Source of the DNA: Massalongia carnosa
Lineage: Eukaryota
Assembly (NCBI GenBank): GCA_965645245.1
Contig: OZ287078.1
Location: 1,922,001-1,986,000 of the forward strand
Length of the DNA stretch: 64,000 nucleotides
Direction of reading: 5' to 3'
The translations under genes and the position numbers were made by a program. Of the stretch, positions 47,456-59,088 are shown in pieces (the stretch's first letter is position 1; each line of letters starts with the position of its first letter). Under the pieces are notes generated by a model. The model worked only from the letters and a program-made list of their open reading frames with translations, did not search any database and was not told the origin of the DNA.

Positions 47456-50369
47456 TGAAGACTTTGATGTCATAGACTATGCTAATTTCCAAGATGAGCA
47501 AGTTGACAGGCGTTGTTTCGATTGTTATATACTTTGTATGTAAACATCGAAAGAAAACGAAAGACGTTCGCTAAATATATATTGCTACGAGGCTGAGGAC
47601 ACGACACGTCGTCAAAGACCCGAACATCAGGACTCTCAATGATATTCACTGTTTATTCTATGCTACTCCCCGCTGATCTCAGACTGCTGCCTACATCTCG
47701 CCTGACCGACCAATGACGAGCGGCTTATGTCAATCCCGCCCCCAGCCAACGTTTGTGGCTGTGCCTCGCTCGACGTTCAGACCTGTCTTTCTAAAATTCT
47801 CGAAAAAGAACACGAGAATCTTGAGCGCGACATCAACAACGACGACGACAATCCGCATCCTTTGAGATTTATTGAAGGATACCACGTTGCAATGTATTAC
47901 CTCTCAGCTGTTCAGATCAATAATACTTTAAATTAGAGCAATCTTAAAGAAAACATTTGATTTAAAGACGAAATATTCACTTAATCGCATTATCTGTCTC
48001 GTCTGATGATGATGATGTATTCATACTCCGATATGTCACCGGCCGTAGGCCGGCCCATGCGGGCAAAGCTATCTAAGTTATGTTACATGGAAAACCTTTC
48101 TCAGGTGTAAAAACCATATCCCTTGATACCTACCCAATGTGACACCGGGTCGACGTCGGATAGGAGACGCAGAGCGAAAATCATGTGAGAACTGTGACGC
48201 CTTGTGAGATAAGAAGGAAAAGAGAAGTGAAACTACTGTTAATTGTACAATAGTGTAGATGCCAATGAGAATTGGGTCAGTAGACCTGTTTTCATTAGCC
48301 AAGTAGTTAATATCTTTAGAGTTTTTGATGTTTCGGTCAGCTGTTGATAGTTGTTCGTGCCAGCGGCGCGAAACATCTGTTCTCTATTGTCAATAAGTCT
48401 ACAGAACATAATTACGTGTTCTGGAGTTTGTCTGTGCCAGCCACATGGGCAGGCCGGTGAGGTGACGGCGGGGACCCGTCGCTGGTAAAGGAAGTCAGCT
48501 AGACCGATCTTACCGGTGCGGATCTGTGTTGTCAGGGCGCTTTCTGCCTTTTTTAGCAGCGTGTGTATTTTCAGTCGTTTTTTGCTCAGTGGGACTGATT
48601 GCGCTATGGAGGGTCCGGCGACGCGATTTTGATATGCCCACGAGTCGTTCCAGACTTTCAGCTGTCGTGCTTTAATTGTCTGCATTTGTTTTTGACGAGC
48701 CAACGCTGCTGCGGAGACTTCGCGGAGATGCGCTAGGGAGGGGTCGGACCATGGTGGGTGTGCTTTGGGTTGTTGAACGATTTTTGCGTCGATCAGTAGG
48801 TTTTTGGCCCAGATGTGCTTCAGCTCTCCCGGAGTGGATTTTTGAAGGCGTTTGCGACCTGCCTTGCCTCGGAGTTTATTAACTATTTTGCTGCATGCGG
48901 AAGATATGACCTTCGATTGACCTCCAGCTCCGGAGTCGATGTCTGGCCTGCGCCTGTAGCGTGTCGAGGTGTACATCTATGGGTGCTATGTATGTCTCTG
49001 CTTCAAGAACTAGAATGAGAGTGGCTTTAAAGGCACCGGCTATGGTGCGAAGGCAGTTGTTTTGCATAACGGAGAGCTTGCTCGTTGACGTTTTTGACTT
49101 TTTGACTTCTTTGGGCATGTGCCATACGGTTGATCCGTATGTCATGACCGGACGCACTACGGCGCTGTAAACTTGCCTTGCTTTGGTGAAGGTGGCACCC
49201 CAAGTCGATGTGGAGATTTTTGTCAATGCCATAGATTGTTTAACCATTTTCTTTTGCGTTTTGCGAACGTGCGGTCCCCATTTCAATTTGGTGTCAATTT
49301 GCAAGCCTAAGACTCTAATGTCCGTTTTTAGTTCAATTTCGGTACTTGCAATGTTGATAGATGCAGCCATATTGAATATTTTGGGATTTCAAGACAAGTG
49401 AATGAGTTCGTACTTCGTAAGAGCGAATAGAGATCCGTGTCGTGAAGCCCACTTTTCGCATTGTCTGTGTATTGACTCCAGAGTCTTGCAATTCTCTTCG
49501 GTGCTTTTTCCATATGCCAAAATGTTGGCATCGTCTACAAATCCTATGGCACTTGTGTTTGTGCCTGGTCGCTCACATATTTCCAATAGGTCTGCATTAT
49601 AGAATAGATAAAGGATGGATGAGAGAGGGGAGCCTTATGGTATGCCAGTTCTCACCGCGAATCGTCCGGTCGCTTTTCGATTTATAGCTAGAGTTGTGCT
49701 ACGATCATTTAAAAAACTGTTTAACCAATCAGTAATCCATTTCGGGATTTTTCTTTTACGTAGATTGTGCGTTAGTCTTTGATGTGAAACTGTATCAAAC
49801 ACGCCGGCGACGTCCATGCTTAAAAGTGTGGCTACTTTATCTTTTCCTTGTCCCCAAATCGTGTGAACCTGTTCGGTTAACAACTCCAGAGCTGATTCTG
49901 TAGATCTGCCCTTTCTCGCTCCCATCTGTGTGTCGGGTAGGAGCCGATGTGTTTCCGCTAAATAGGTTATTTTTGATCCTATGATAAATTCCATTACTTT
50001 GCTGAACGTGTTGAGTAATGCAATTGGTCGGTAAGCCTTTGGAGTGGTGTAATTCCCTTTGTCTATTTTTCGTAATGCTATTGTGTTTGCCATTTTGAAG
50101 GCTCGGGGATGGTACGAAAGTGTAACGCACGCCTGAAACACAGGTGTTAATAGTTCAACAAGTTTTTCCGCGCATGCCTTGAGTACTCTATTAGATATGC
50201 CGTCAGGACCCGGTGCTTTATCGGGCTTGAGCCGATGGAGGGCCTTCGACACTTCTGACCTGGTGTTGATCATTGGACAGTGCGGCGATGTTGGATAGAA
50301 GGATCCTTCTATATCGCTTAAGTCGGCCGGTGGTGGTGCGGGAAAGAAAATGCTTTTCAGCATTTCGGC

Positions 50370-50824
50370 TGAAAAGGGGAGACCTTCTCCCAGCAGGCAT
50401 TCACTACTGGAAGATGGGATCCACAGGGGCTACACAACGTGATGGTCACAATAGAGGTACAAAATAGGTAGGGTCGGGTCAAAGGGTAGACTAAATGCTA
50501 CCCTTTTGAAGTGCTTGATCATTGATCTATATAGGATAGGACAATCCATAACCTAAGCTCTTCTTCCATACCTTGCCCATACTACCTGGTATTTTCGGAC
50601 TCCGAAATACTTCGGACACCGAAAGACACGGGTAGATAAGACTAGGCAGGTGAGCTAGGGGAGGTGAGGCGAGGCGAGGGGATACTTCGTGTACTACGAA
50701 AACACCTCCATAATAAGTTAAGTCCCCACACTATGCCTAACTGGGTTAGGCGGGACCTTATTGTCTTGGTGGTTGTTTTGGCTGTACGTATCCCACATAG
50801 CCACATAGGCCAGTCTTACGTTCA
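50370..50824. repeat. Possible solo LTR (~455 bp) at the LINE/pogo junction
   Basis: Starts TGAA and ends TTCA, has an internal TATATA, and sits exactly where LINE RT and pogo coding similarity each stop. No TSD and no second copy. Confidence 0.4.
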
Positions 50825-52788
50825 ACGAACGCATACTAGGCCTACCCTATTACATGCCCTCTCATCTATTCTCTCAGCTGTCTCTATTTCTTCCTCGTTA
50901 TTTCGTCTCCAGTTTCCCACCTCAATGCCCGGAAGATCTTCTACATGCAATTCGTCATCTTCCGATCCATCTATGGCCAGAGAAAGTCCTAATTTTCTAA
51001 ACGCTCGACGAATTACATCGGAGCTTTCTTCATGAAATTCCTTCCAAGCTTGTCCAACCCATTGAGTAAGCATGATTCGACGATCCCCTACAGTGTATTT
51101 TCCCTGATTTCATTGCTCGAAATGCATGTCGAAATGCATGTCGGCCAGCTCCTTTATTCGATTTTTAATGGGTTTGTTGACTGCTACGTCCAAAACTTGA
51201 ACGTAGCCGGTGCAGCCCGAGGGGATAAAGGAAGGGGTAATATTCAACTCTCGAAAAGCATCTCGAACCTACAAATCAGTCAGTTAATCAATTGTTATCT
51301 TATCAGATTAAAAGCATACCTCGTCGGTTTTCTGTCCTCTGAATACGTCTAAAGTCAACAATCGAGGTGTAGCATCTCGAGCATCTCGATTGACGAATCC
51401 GACGGTAGCGTACTTATATTGATGTTTTAGCCATCGAATCATGACCGTGGTATTGCTCCATGCAGTATCATTCCATTGGACCGACACCCCTGTATGATAC
51501 TGACTTATCTCCTTCTTTATACGACTGTTTTTGATTCCGTCTTTTCCCCTGAAGATAAGAAGCGGTTTGCAACGATTTATCCCATCAGCAGAGACGTATA
51601 TCATTAGTGTAGCTTGTCTCTTATCCCATCCCGATCTATGCGTCTTGGCCCATATCGTTTTAGCCCCCTTGAAGTCGTAGGTATGTCCGTCCAGAAATTC
51701 GTACGCAATTGGGGTTTGATCCATGTTACCAATATCACAAAGACGATATCTTCCCCCTCCGTGCTGTGGAATTTGACCTATTAAGGGCTGAGAATTACGT
51801 CGATTGAATTGCAGCCAACTTTCAATAGTGGACCGCAACTTCTCGGAAACTATCTGTGATTTTTTGGTAACTGCTCGTGGAGAAATACCGACTCAATTCC
51901 TGAAGTTATTAAACCACCCAACAGAGAATTTGAAGCCTAGATACTCATCTCTTTTCCCCGCTTTTCGAATAATTCGATATGGATACAACTCGGCATATAT
52001 ATGTTTTGCCTGACGTATAATCCATCGTTTATCAACCTTCATTCCAGCTTCTCTTTTGTCTTTAAATAGCTCAATCAGCTGTCTTTCTAACTCCGGTTCC
52101 TGACAGCCAGTATTGAGAGGTCTGTTTTTTCTGATTCCAGTACTCATGTTTTCGATTACGGAGCTTGTTTTTAACCATCTACGAAGCATAGCTAGATCAA
52201 TTCCTAGATTTTTTGCAGCTTCGTATTTACTAATAAGCTTAAGAGTTCCGTCTTTTGAGTCTTCCAAGTTGTTGTAGCATAGTTGATAGCAGCTAACTTA
52301 TTCTCTCGTGTGTAGGATTTTCTTCGACGAGTGATTTCATCATCCGAATTTCTATTAGACACGTCATCAGCCGATTCACGTATCAAACGAAACTGTTCAG
52401 TTATCTGAGTATTGTCTCCGAAAGATGTCTGAGATGACAGTGAATAGCCTGATTTTTTGACACTTGATGCCCATAAGCTTCTGGAAACAACTGATTTTGT
52501 ACGAGGACCGGTACGAGTCTTTTTAGGAGATATATGTGGGGGGGCCATATTGAGATGTATAGGAAGGGCAATGTATAGGAAGGGCAATGTATAGGAAGGG
52601 CAATGATCAAAAAAAGAGAAAATGTAATGGCGGGAAAATTTTTTTTTTCACCCGTTGTTATAAGCCCCTATTTGACTATAATAATGATTTGGCTATTAAC
52701 CCCTTTTGGCTATAAACCCCCGTTCAAAATAACCTCGGTTCAGTCATCTTAGCTATACGCCCCGAGGCTTATATGGGAAAACATACGG
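50825..52788 (-). mobile_element. pogo/Tigger-like (CENP-B HTH plus DDE_1) DNA transposon, one terminus retained
   Basis: Terminus TA|CCGTATGTTTTCCCATATAAG at 52788. RKSYT...K, FKFSVGWF, IGNMDQTP, LTLDVF, IPSGCTGYVQVLDVAVNKP. Frameshifts and one probable intron. Confidence 0.88.
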
Positions 52789-53428
52789 TAGTTGGACCAG
52801 TCCGCTGGATCTCGTGTCTCAGACCATATGCGGCGTAACATTCGTGTGGCTTTGGTGGCAATATTGCATTCTTCTGTCTAGAAAGGCTTAGCATATTCGC
52901 TAGGTTTCGCCCATGGAACGGCTGCATTGATGACATTTTGTAGGAATTTTTGAATCGATTCTGTGTACGTATCGATCTCGGCAGGTGTGCAGGGAGACGT
53001 CGGTGGAGGTGCGTGGCGCTCGGCTTCCCTTAATTTTTCCAAATTCAGAAGTTTCCATGCCCTGCGTTTACTTTTTGGTTGCGACTCACTACCGAGTCGG
53101 ATGCGGGTTGATATCGGTACATGATCGGACGATTGATTTAATCCTGGTCTGGTCATGCAGTGTTCAAGTCTTTCAACTAGATATTCTGACATGAAAACTA
53201 GATCGATCGTTGTCAGGGTCCTGAGGTCACCTGACATCAGACTAGCATCGATTAGGTAATGTGCCGAGGAACCGACTTTTCAGGGGTTATATAGAACTCC
53301 GCCCGAGTAAAGCTTTTAGACTTCGTCTGAAGATTTTGGTGTAGAACTAGGCTATTGAAATTGAACTCGTTTTAACCCTCACACAATCTTCAGACCTACA
53401 ATCAGAATCATTAGGCTAATCAGAAAAC

Positions 53429-55021
53429 ATGAACTCATTAGAATCATCCAGCAGAGATGTCGCTACCTCGGGGCCGGCCTTCAACACTAGAGCTCGCTCC
53501 ATGTCGCGACAATCGACACAGAGCATACCAGGCGAATATGAACCCGCCGACGAAGAGGTGGGAAATGACACTGTTTTGCCGACAAACAAAGACAAAGGCA
53601 GGGAACCGAAGATCGAGGCCCCGACCTCAGAACCGAAAATCGACATAAGCAATTATGCCATTTATCGAACTCTGACGGAAAGCAATCCGTCGAAATCAGC
53701 TATGATCATCAAGGTGGCCAATCGAGAAGAGTTGAGAAGGGCCCTCGTCCTAAAGGGAGACGGCGACATATGGTACACTGTTCTAGCCGGCACGCTCCTA
53801 TAACATGAGGTCTTGATCGAGAAATATCATGACTTGAAAAAAAGAAACAAAGATCTAAAAGGTCTACAGGCAGAATGGACCCGAATGATAAAGAGCTGGG
53901 ATCACGAGAGACTAGTATTTGAGGAGGATATCGCGGCTGAAAAATTGGAGACTCAGAAGGTCAAAGCGGAAAACTCGGACCTCATTCGTGAAATATCAGA
54001 GATGAAACGTCTAGCTCGCGAAGCTACTCAGACGTCGACCTCATCGACTGGTCAAACTGGAGATCAATCCGCCGTCGCTGCCCCCTTAAGCAATTATCGA
54101 CCCAAAGGCACCAACCCGAAGGAGGCCCTCAACGGTTCCAACTCAGACGCCTATAGTGCATGGGCGTTTACGGTGGAAAGAAAAATCAGAACCGACTCCC
54201 CAATGTACACTAGTGAGGAGTTGAAAATCGACTACGCCTTATCGCAGATGAAGGATCCCATTTTCGACGCCATACACACCTGGGTAGTGGATGCCGGTCC
54301 CACTCTCTCTTTGAATACGTTCTTCAAGGAAATTGAGAGCTATCTCGGGATAGCATATTTGACAAAGGACGCGAAGAAGGAATTGAAAGAAATAAGCATG
54401 AACAAAGATGAAACGGTGACTGAATACTATCATCGAATGTTCAAACTCTGGCAACGTTCAAAAACCCCCGCGGATGAGAGAATTGAGACGTTCAAGGACA
54501 CCCTGCGGCCGAACATCGCGCTGTCTCTATTGGGACGGGACTTCATCAGTCTAGAAACCCTCTTGCATGAAGCCAGGAAAATCGAACAGGGAAGAAAGGA
54601 GATGAATCAGAAGTACGCGAAGTCGGAATCTCAGAAGCCCGCGAAAACGACGACTTCTCCTTCTTCTTCCGTCGGTCGTGGTTTAAACAAAACCACGACC
54701 GCCACCTCCAGTACCTCGATCACAGTCAAACCAAAAGCGACTACGACCAACTCCGCCATCTCCGCCAACCCGAACTCGAAATTCGGACAGGTCTCGACCA
54801 AACCGGAAGGATGGGTAGGAGCTTGGTACGAGGGGACGCTTCACCCGCCCAAGTTGGAGGACGGGGAACGAGAGACTCTGTCACGACAGGGCCGATGTTG
54901 GTCGTGCAGAGGATCAGGGCATAGGGGCCGAGACCCCTGTTGCATTAGGCAAGCAGTGAATCTCAGTAGAGTCGCCATTCGAGAAGACTCATCTGAGTCC
55001 GAGGACTCGGAAAAAGAATGA
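53429..55021 (+). CDS. Gypsy Gag with one in-frame TAA (53801-53803)
   Basis: ORFs 53429-53803 and 53813-55021 share a frame. Retrotrans_gag-like ETVTEYYHRM and knuckle CWSCRGSGH...C. Confidence 0.85.
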
Positions 55022-58000
55022 TTCCTGATGATAGTCGCCATCAGGAATGTCGAGAAGTTTCATTAAGGGTTGTTAGAGCATCTGTTCTTTCTGTCGATCA
55101 TCTCGTTCCGGGCAAGCATCTTTTATTTAGATGTAGTATAGCCTCTAATGAAAATCAGTTGATGATCGATAACGGAAGTGAAGCTCAATTTCTTCATGAA
55201 TCCTTTGCGCGCAAAAGAAAACTAGAGACCATTAGACTAAAAAAAAGAGACAGGGTCAGACTGGAACTTGGGGATGGAAAAGTCCATCAAATCATTGATA
55301 AGGCCGTTATCGTTCCCGTCAGAATCGGAGATCATGAGGAAAAGTTATTCTGCTATCTGGCCGACATAGGTAATCATACCTTGATCATCGGTGATGGATG
55401 GCTGCAGGAGCATAACCCTCACATTGATTGGGTTGAACGCACCATGACGTTCTCCAATCGGTGCGTCAGTAAGGGATGCGCACCTCGATCTCATTCAGTC
55501 TCAAAATTTGAATCCACAATCTTGGAGAAGGAAACGACTGCCTCAGCAAAGAACGAGGCCTTTGAAAATTTCGATATTCAGTCCCTCACCCCGAAGCGAT
55601 TTATGAAACTTCTTCGAAGATCGGGTCATCAGACTTACTGTTTCTATCCGAGGGAAAAGCTCAACAAGAAGTTAGATAGGTACGAGAAGAAGCTTCTGAC
55701 TGCTTCAAGTATCAACGCAGTCACCAGCGACGATCATGAGAAGTTCATGAAAGACAAAGTCGAATATACTCTGGAAGAATTGAAAAAACGAGTACCCGAG
55801 GCCTATCATGGCGAGATTGAAGTCTTCATGAGGGCTAAGGCAGACGAGTTGGCACCTCATCGAAAAGAGGATCACGAAATCAATTTGATGCCCGGGATCG
55901 AGCCCCCGTTCATCAAGAATTATCGGCCCATGTCCGAACAGGAATTGACCGCGGTAAGAAAATATCTAGATGAGCACTTAGCAAAAGGGTTTATTCGTCC
56001 GAGCTCGTCAAAGGCGGCCGCGCCGGTACTATTGGTCAGGAAACCAGGCGGGGGTCTTCGCTTTTGCGTAGATTATCGAGATCTGAATAATATCACGGAG
56101 AAAAGTCGATACCCCATTCCATTGATCAGCGAGACATTGGCGAAACTCGCCAAAGCAAAGTGGTTTACTAAATTGGACGTCATTCATGCATTCAATAGGA
56201 TGAGGATTAAAGAGGGACAAGAGTGGCTCACGGCGTTCAATACTCGATACGGTCAATTTGAATATCTTGTGATGCCCTTCGGACTATGCAACGCTCCATC
56301 AACATTTCAGAGCTATATCAATAACTCCCTGCGAGAATACTTAGATTATTTCGTCACCGCCTATCTGGACGACGTACTGGTGTTCAGTGAAACAGAAACG
56401 GAGCACATCGAGCAGGTACTGAAGGTACTTCGTCGTCTGAAAGAAAGAGGACTTCAACTGGACATAGACAAGTGTGAATTCTCTGTCTCCGAAGTCAAGT
56501 ACCTCGGAATGTTCGTGGGGGTGAATGGCGTTAGAATGGACCCAGAAAAGGTGACGGCCATACTAGAATGGAAGACGCCCGCGTCAGTAAAAGAGGTGCA
56601 GTCCTTTCTTGGATTCGCTAACTTCTATCGTCGCTTCATTGAGCGATTCTCCGAAAAGGTGAAGTGTCTGACCGAGCTAACCCGCGGAGAGCAATATGTC
56701 ACGAAAGGCGGAAAGAGACGCACCAAGTATCAAGACTTCGTGTGGACCACTGAATGTCAGCAAGCTTTCGAAGACATGAAGATTTCTTTTACCTCTGCGC
56801 CGATTCTTGCTCATTACGACCCAAGGCTAGAGACCTGGGTGGAGACAGACGCATCTGACTTCGTAGTATCGGGGATACTCTCTCAGATGCATGAAGGCGT
56901 TCTGAAACCCGTGGCTTATTTCTCGAAGAAGATGAGCCCCGCCGAATGCAATTATGAGATCTACGATAAAGAACTCCTAGCCATCGTAGAAAGTTTCGTC
57001 ATCTGGAGACCGGAGCTAGCGGGAGTGGAGCAATCAACAAAGGTCTACTCAGATCATAAGAATCTGGAGACCTTCATGACTTTGAAACAACTAAATCGCC
57101 GTCAAGTGCGTTGGGCTGAGATGCTGGCGGAATATAATTTTCGCATTATGTATAGACCAGGCAAGCAAGGGGGCAAACCGGACGCCCTCACCAGAAGAGA
57201 GCAAGATCTGCCGATGGACGCGGAGGATGATCGCACCAGATATCAATATCAGGTGCTGCTAAAAGAAAATCAGCTGGACGATGAAGTGAAACAGGACCTG
57301 AAGCTGTACGTGACAACCAGATCCATGGCCAATCGAGAACGGGTTGAAGACAACATTACTACTGACTCATCCGATCAAATCAGGGATGAGGAAGTAGAGG
57401 ACTTGACGGTAGAGGAGTTCACAATCAATTCGAATGATGATTCGGATGCAGAAAAGCCTGATGAATTATTAGAAAATCTTTTAGCGGAGGCATATCAAGA
57501 AGACGCAATGACTCAGGAAGTCATGAAGGCTAAGTTGGAAAATCCGAAGAAATTGCCCGATAAAATTCTAAGCAACGGGCTGAGACTGGCGATGGGTGAC
57601 TTGGAAGTCCGTCACGAAAGACTATACTACAAAATACGCCTCTTCATTCCGAATTTCGACAAGCTGAAGCTGCGTCTTTTATCGGATCATCATAATCCCC
57701 CGATGCAAGGACACCCCGGGTATCGAGGCATGTATGCCAAAATGCTGGAGAACTATTTCTGGATGTCCATGAAGGATGATTGTCGAAGATACGCTACTAA
57801 CTGCTCTACATGCCGAAGGTCCAAGGCGTACAACGATCAGAAACAGGGACTATTAGCCCCACTACCCATACCTCAAAGAAAATGGACAGACTTGTCTCTG
57901 GACTTTGTAGTCAAACTGCCCAAATGTCACAGACGGGGCCGGACGTACGAAAATATCTTGGTTATCGTGGACAGATTGACCAAACGTAGGTTGTACGAAC

Positions 58001-59088
58001 CTATGGTGGATATAGGCACGAAGGACGTACTAGAAGTCCTCAAACGTCGGGTCTTTTCAACATACGGCTTGCCAAACTCCATCGTCCACGATCGCGGGAC
58101 GCAATTGACAGCCCATCTGTGGAAGCGAATTTGTCAGCGATTAGGAGTCAAATCGAAACCGCCCTCCGCGCATCATCCAGAAACAGATGGTCAAACCGAA
58201 AATGCGAATAAGGTTATGAAGAACTACCTGAGAGCATACGTCAGACATGCTCAAGACGACTGGGTGGACTACTTACCAGATGCCGAATTTGCAGTCAATA
58301 ATCATACGAACGCTTCAACCGGAATGTCCCCCTTCTTCGCTGATCACGGTTATCACCCTCGTAGTGGCTCGGAGCCGCCTCAGCCTTTTGACTCAAATGT
58401 CACCGGACGCGCGGAACTGATGTCGGCAGACAAAATAACCGCCCGACAAGAAGCCATGACCAAATGGCTTATCGAGCACCTAACCTGGGCACAGGCAGAT
58501 CAGATGAGATATGCCAATGAGTCGCGGGCCCCACATCCAGACTACAAGATAGGAGACATGGTATATGTCAACACCAAAGATTTCTCCGTCGACAAGCAGA
58601 GTCGCTCCCTGAGTTCCAAAAACGCGGGGCCATGGAAAATCATCCGAAACATAGATAACAAGGCCTATGAATTGGAAATTCCCGAACACTTGAAAAGAGT
58701 GGGGCTCACACCCATATTTCATCCATGGAAACTTCATCTGGCTCCTACGAACCCATTCCCCGGTCAACTTATTGAACCGGGTCCCCCGATACTGATTCAA
58801 GAAGACGCCGAATCCAGTCTTCATGAAGAATATGAAGTCCTCGAAATCGTCGACTGCCGTGAAACTAAGAAATACGGCACTCAGTATAAAGCAACCTATA
58901 TCGGCTCATGGGATGATTGGAACGCAAACCCACCTTGGCAGCCATGGACTGATTTCATTCGCGCCAAAGAAGAAATCAGAAAATTTCATACAGACAATAA
59001 AGGAAAACCCAACGCCCCAAAGGATGTCCTATTCATGAATAACAGTCAACCATCGACGTCCGGAGCCGCCGTCTCAGAGGAGGGGTAG
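55018..59088 (+). CDS. Gypsy Pol (PR-RT-RH-IN-chromodomain), uninterrupted, -1 frame relative to gag
   Basis: MIDNGS protease, FCVDYR/YLDD, ETDASD/DKELLAIV, HNPPMQGH..CSTC, HDRG, AGPWKI, chromodomain EEYEVLEIVD. Confidence 0.95.
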   Translation: MIPDDSRHQECREVSLRVVRASVLSVDHLVPGKHLLFRCSIASNENQLMIDNGSEAQFLHESFARKRKLETIRLKKRDRVRLELGDGKVHQIIDKAVIVPVRIGDHEEKLFCYLADIGNHTLIIGDGWLQEHNPHIDWVERTMTFSNRCVSKGCAPRSHSVSKFESTILEKETTASAKNEAFENFDIQSLTPKRFMKLLRRSGHQTYCFYPREKLNKKLDRYEKKLLTASSINAVTSDDHEKFMKDKVEYTLEELKKRVPEAYHGEIEVFMRAKADELAPHRKEDHEINLMPGIEPPFIKNYRPMSEQELTAVRKYLDEHLAKGFIRPSSSKAAAPVLLVRKPGGGLRFCVDYRDLNNITEKSRYPIPLISETLAKLAKAKWFTKLDVIHAFNRMRIKEGQEWLTAFNTRYGQFEYLVMPFGLCNAPSTFQSYINNSLREYLDYFVTAYLDDVLVFSETETEHIEQVLKVLRRLKERGLQLDIDKCEFSVSEVKYLGMFVGVNGVRMDPEKVTAILEWKTPASVKEVQSFLGFANFYRRFIERFSEKVKCLTELTRGEQYVTKGGKRRTKYQDFVWTTECQQAFEDMKISFTSAPILAHYDPRLETWVETDASDFVVSGILSQMHEGVLKPVAYFSKKMSPAECNYEIYDKELLAIVESFVIWRPELAGVEQSTKVYSDHKNLETFMTLKQLNRRQVRWAEMLAEYNFRIMYRPGKQGGKPDALTRREQDLPMDAEDDRTRYQYQVLLKENQLDDEVKQDLKLYVTTRSMANRERVEDNITTDSSDQIRDEEVEDLTVEEFTINSNDDSDAEKPDELLENLLAEAYQEDAMTQEVMKAKLENPKKLPDKILSNGLRLAMGDLEVRHERLYYKIRLFIPNFDKLKLRLLSDHHNPPMQGHPGYRGMYAKMLENYFWMSMKDDCRRYATNCSTCRRSKAYNDQKQGLLAPLPIPQRKWTDLSLDFVVKLPKCHRRGRTYENILVIVDRLTKRRLYEPMVDIGTKDVLEVLKRRVFSTYGLPNSIVHDRGTQLTAHLWKRICQRLGVKSKPPSAHHPETDGQTENANKVMKNYLRAYVRHAQDDWVDYLPDAEFAVNNHTNASTGMSPFFADHGYHPRSGSEPPQPFDSNVTGRAELMSADKITARQEAMTKWLIEHLTWAQADQMRYANESRAPHPDYKIGDMVYVNTKDFSVDKQSRSLSSKNAGPWKIIRNIDNKAYELEIPEHLKRVGLTPIFHPWKLHLAPTNPFPGQLIEPGPPILIQEDAESSLHEEYEVLEIVDCRETKKYGTQYKATYIGSWDDWNANPPWQPWTDFIRAKEEIRKFHTDNKGKPNAPKDVLFMNNSQPSTSGAAVSEEG

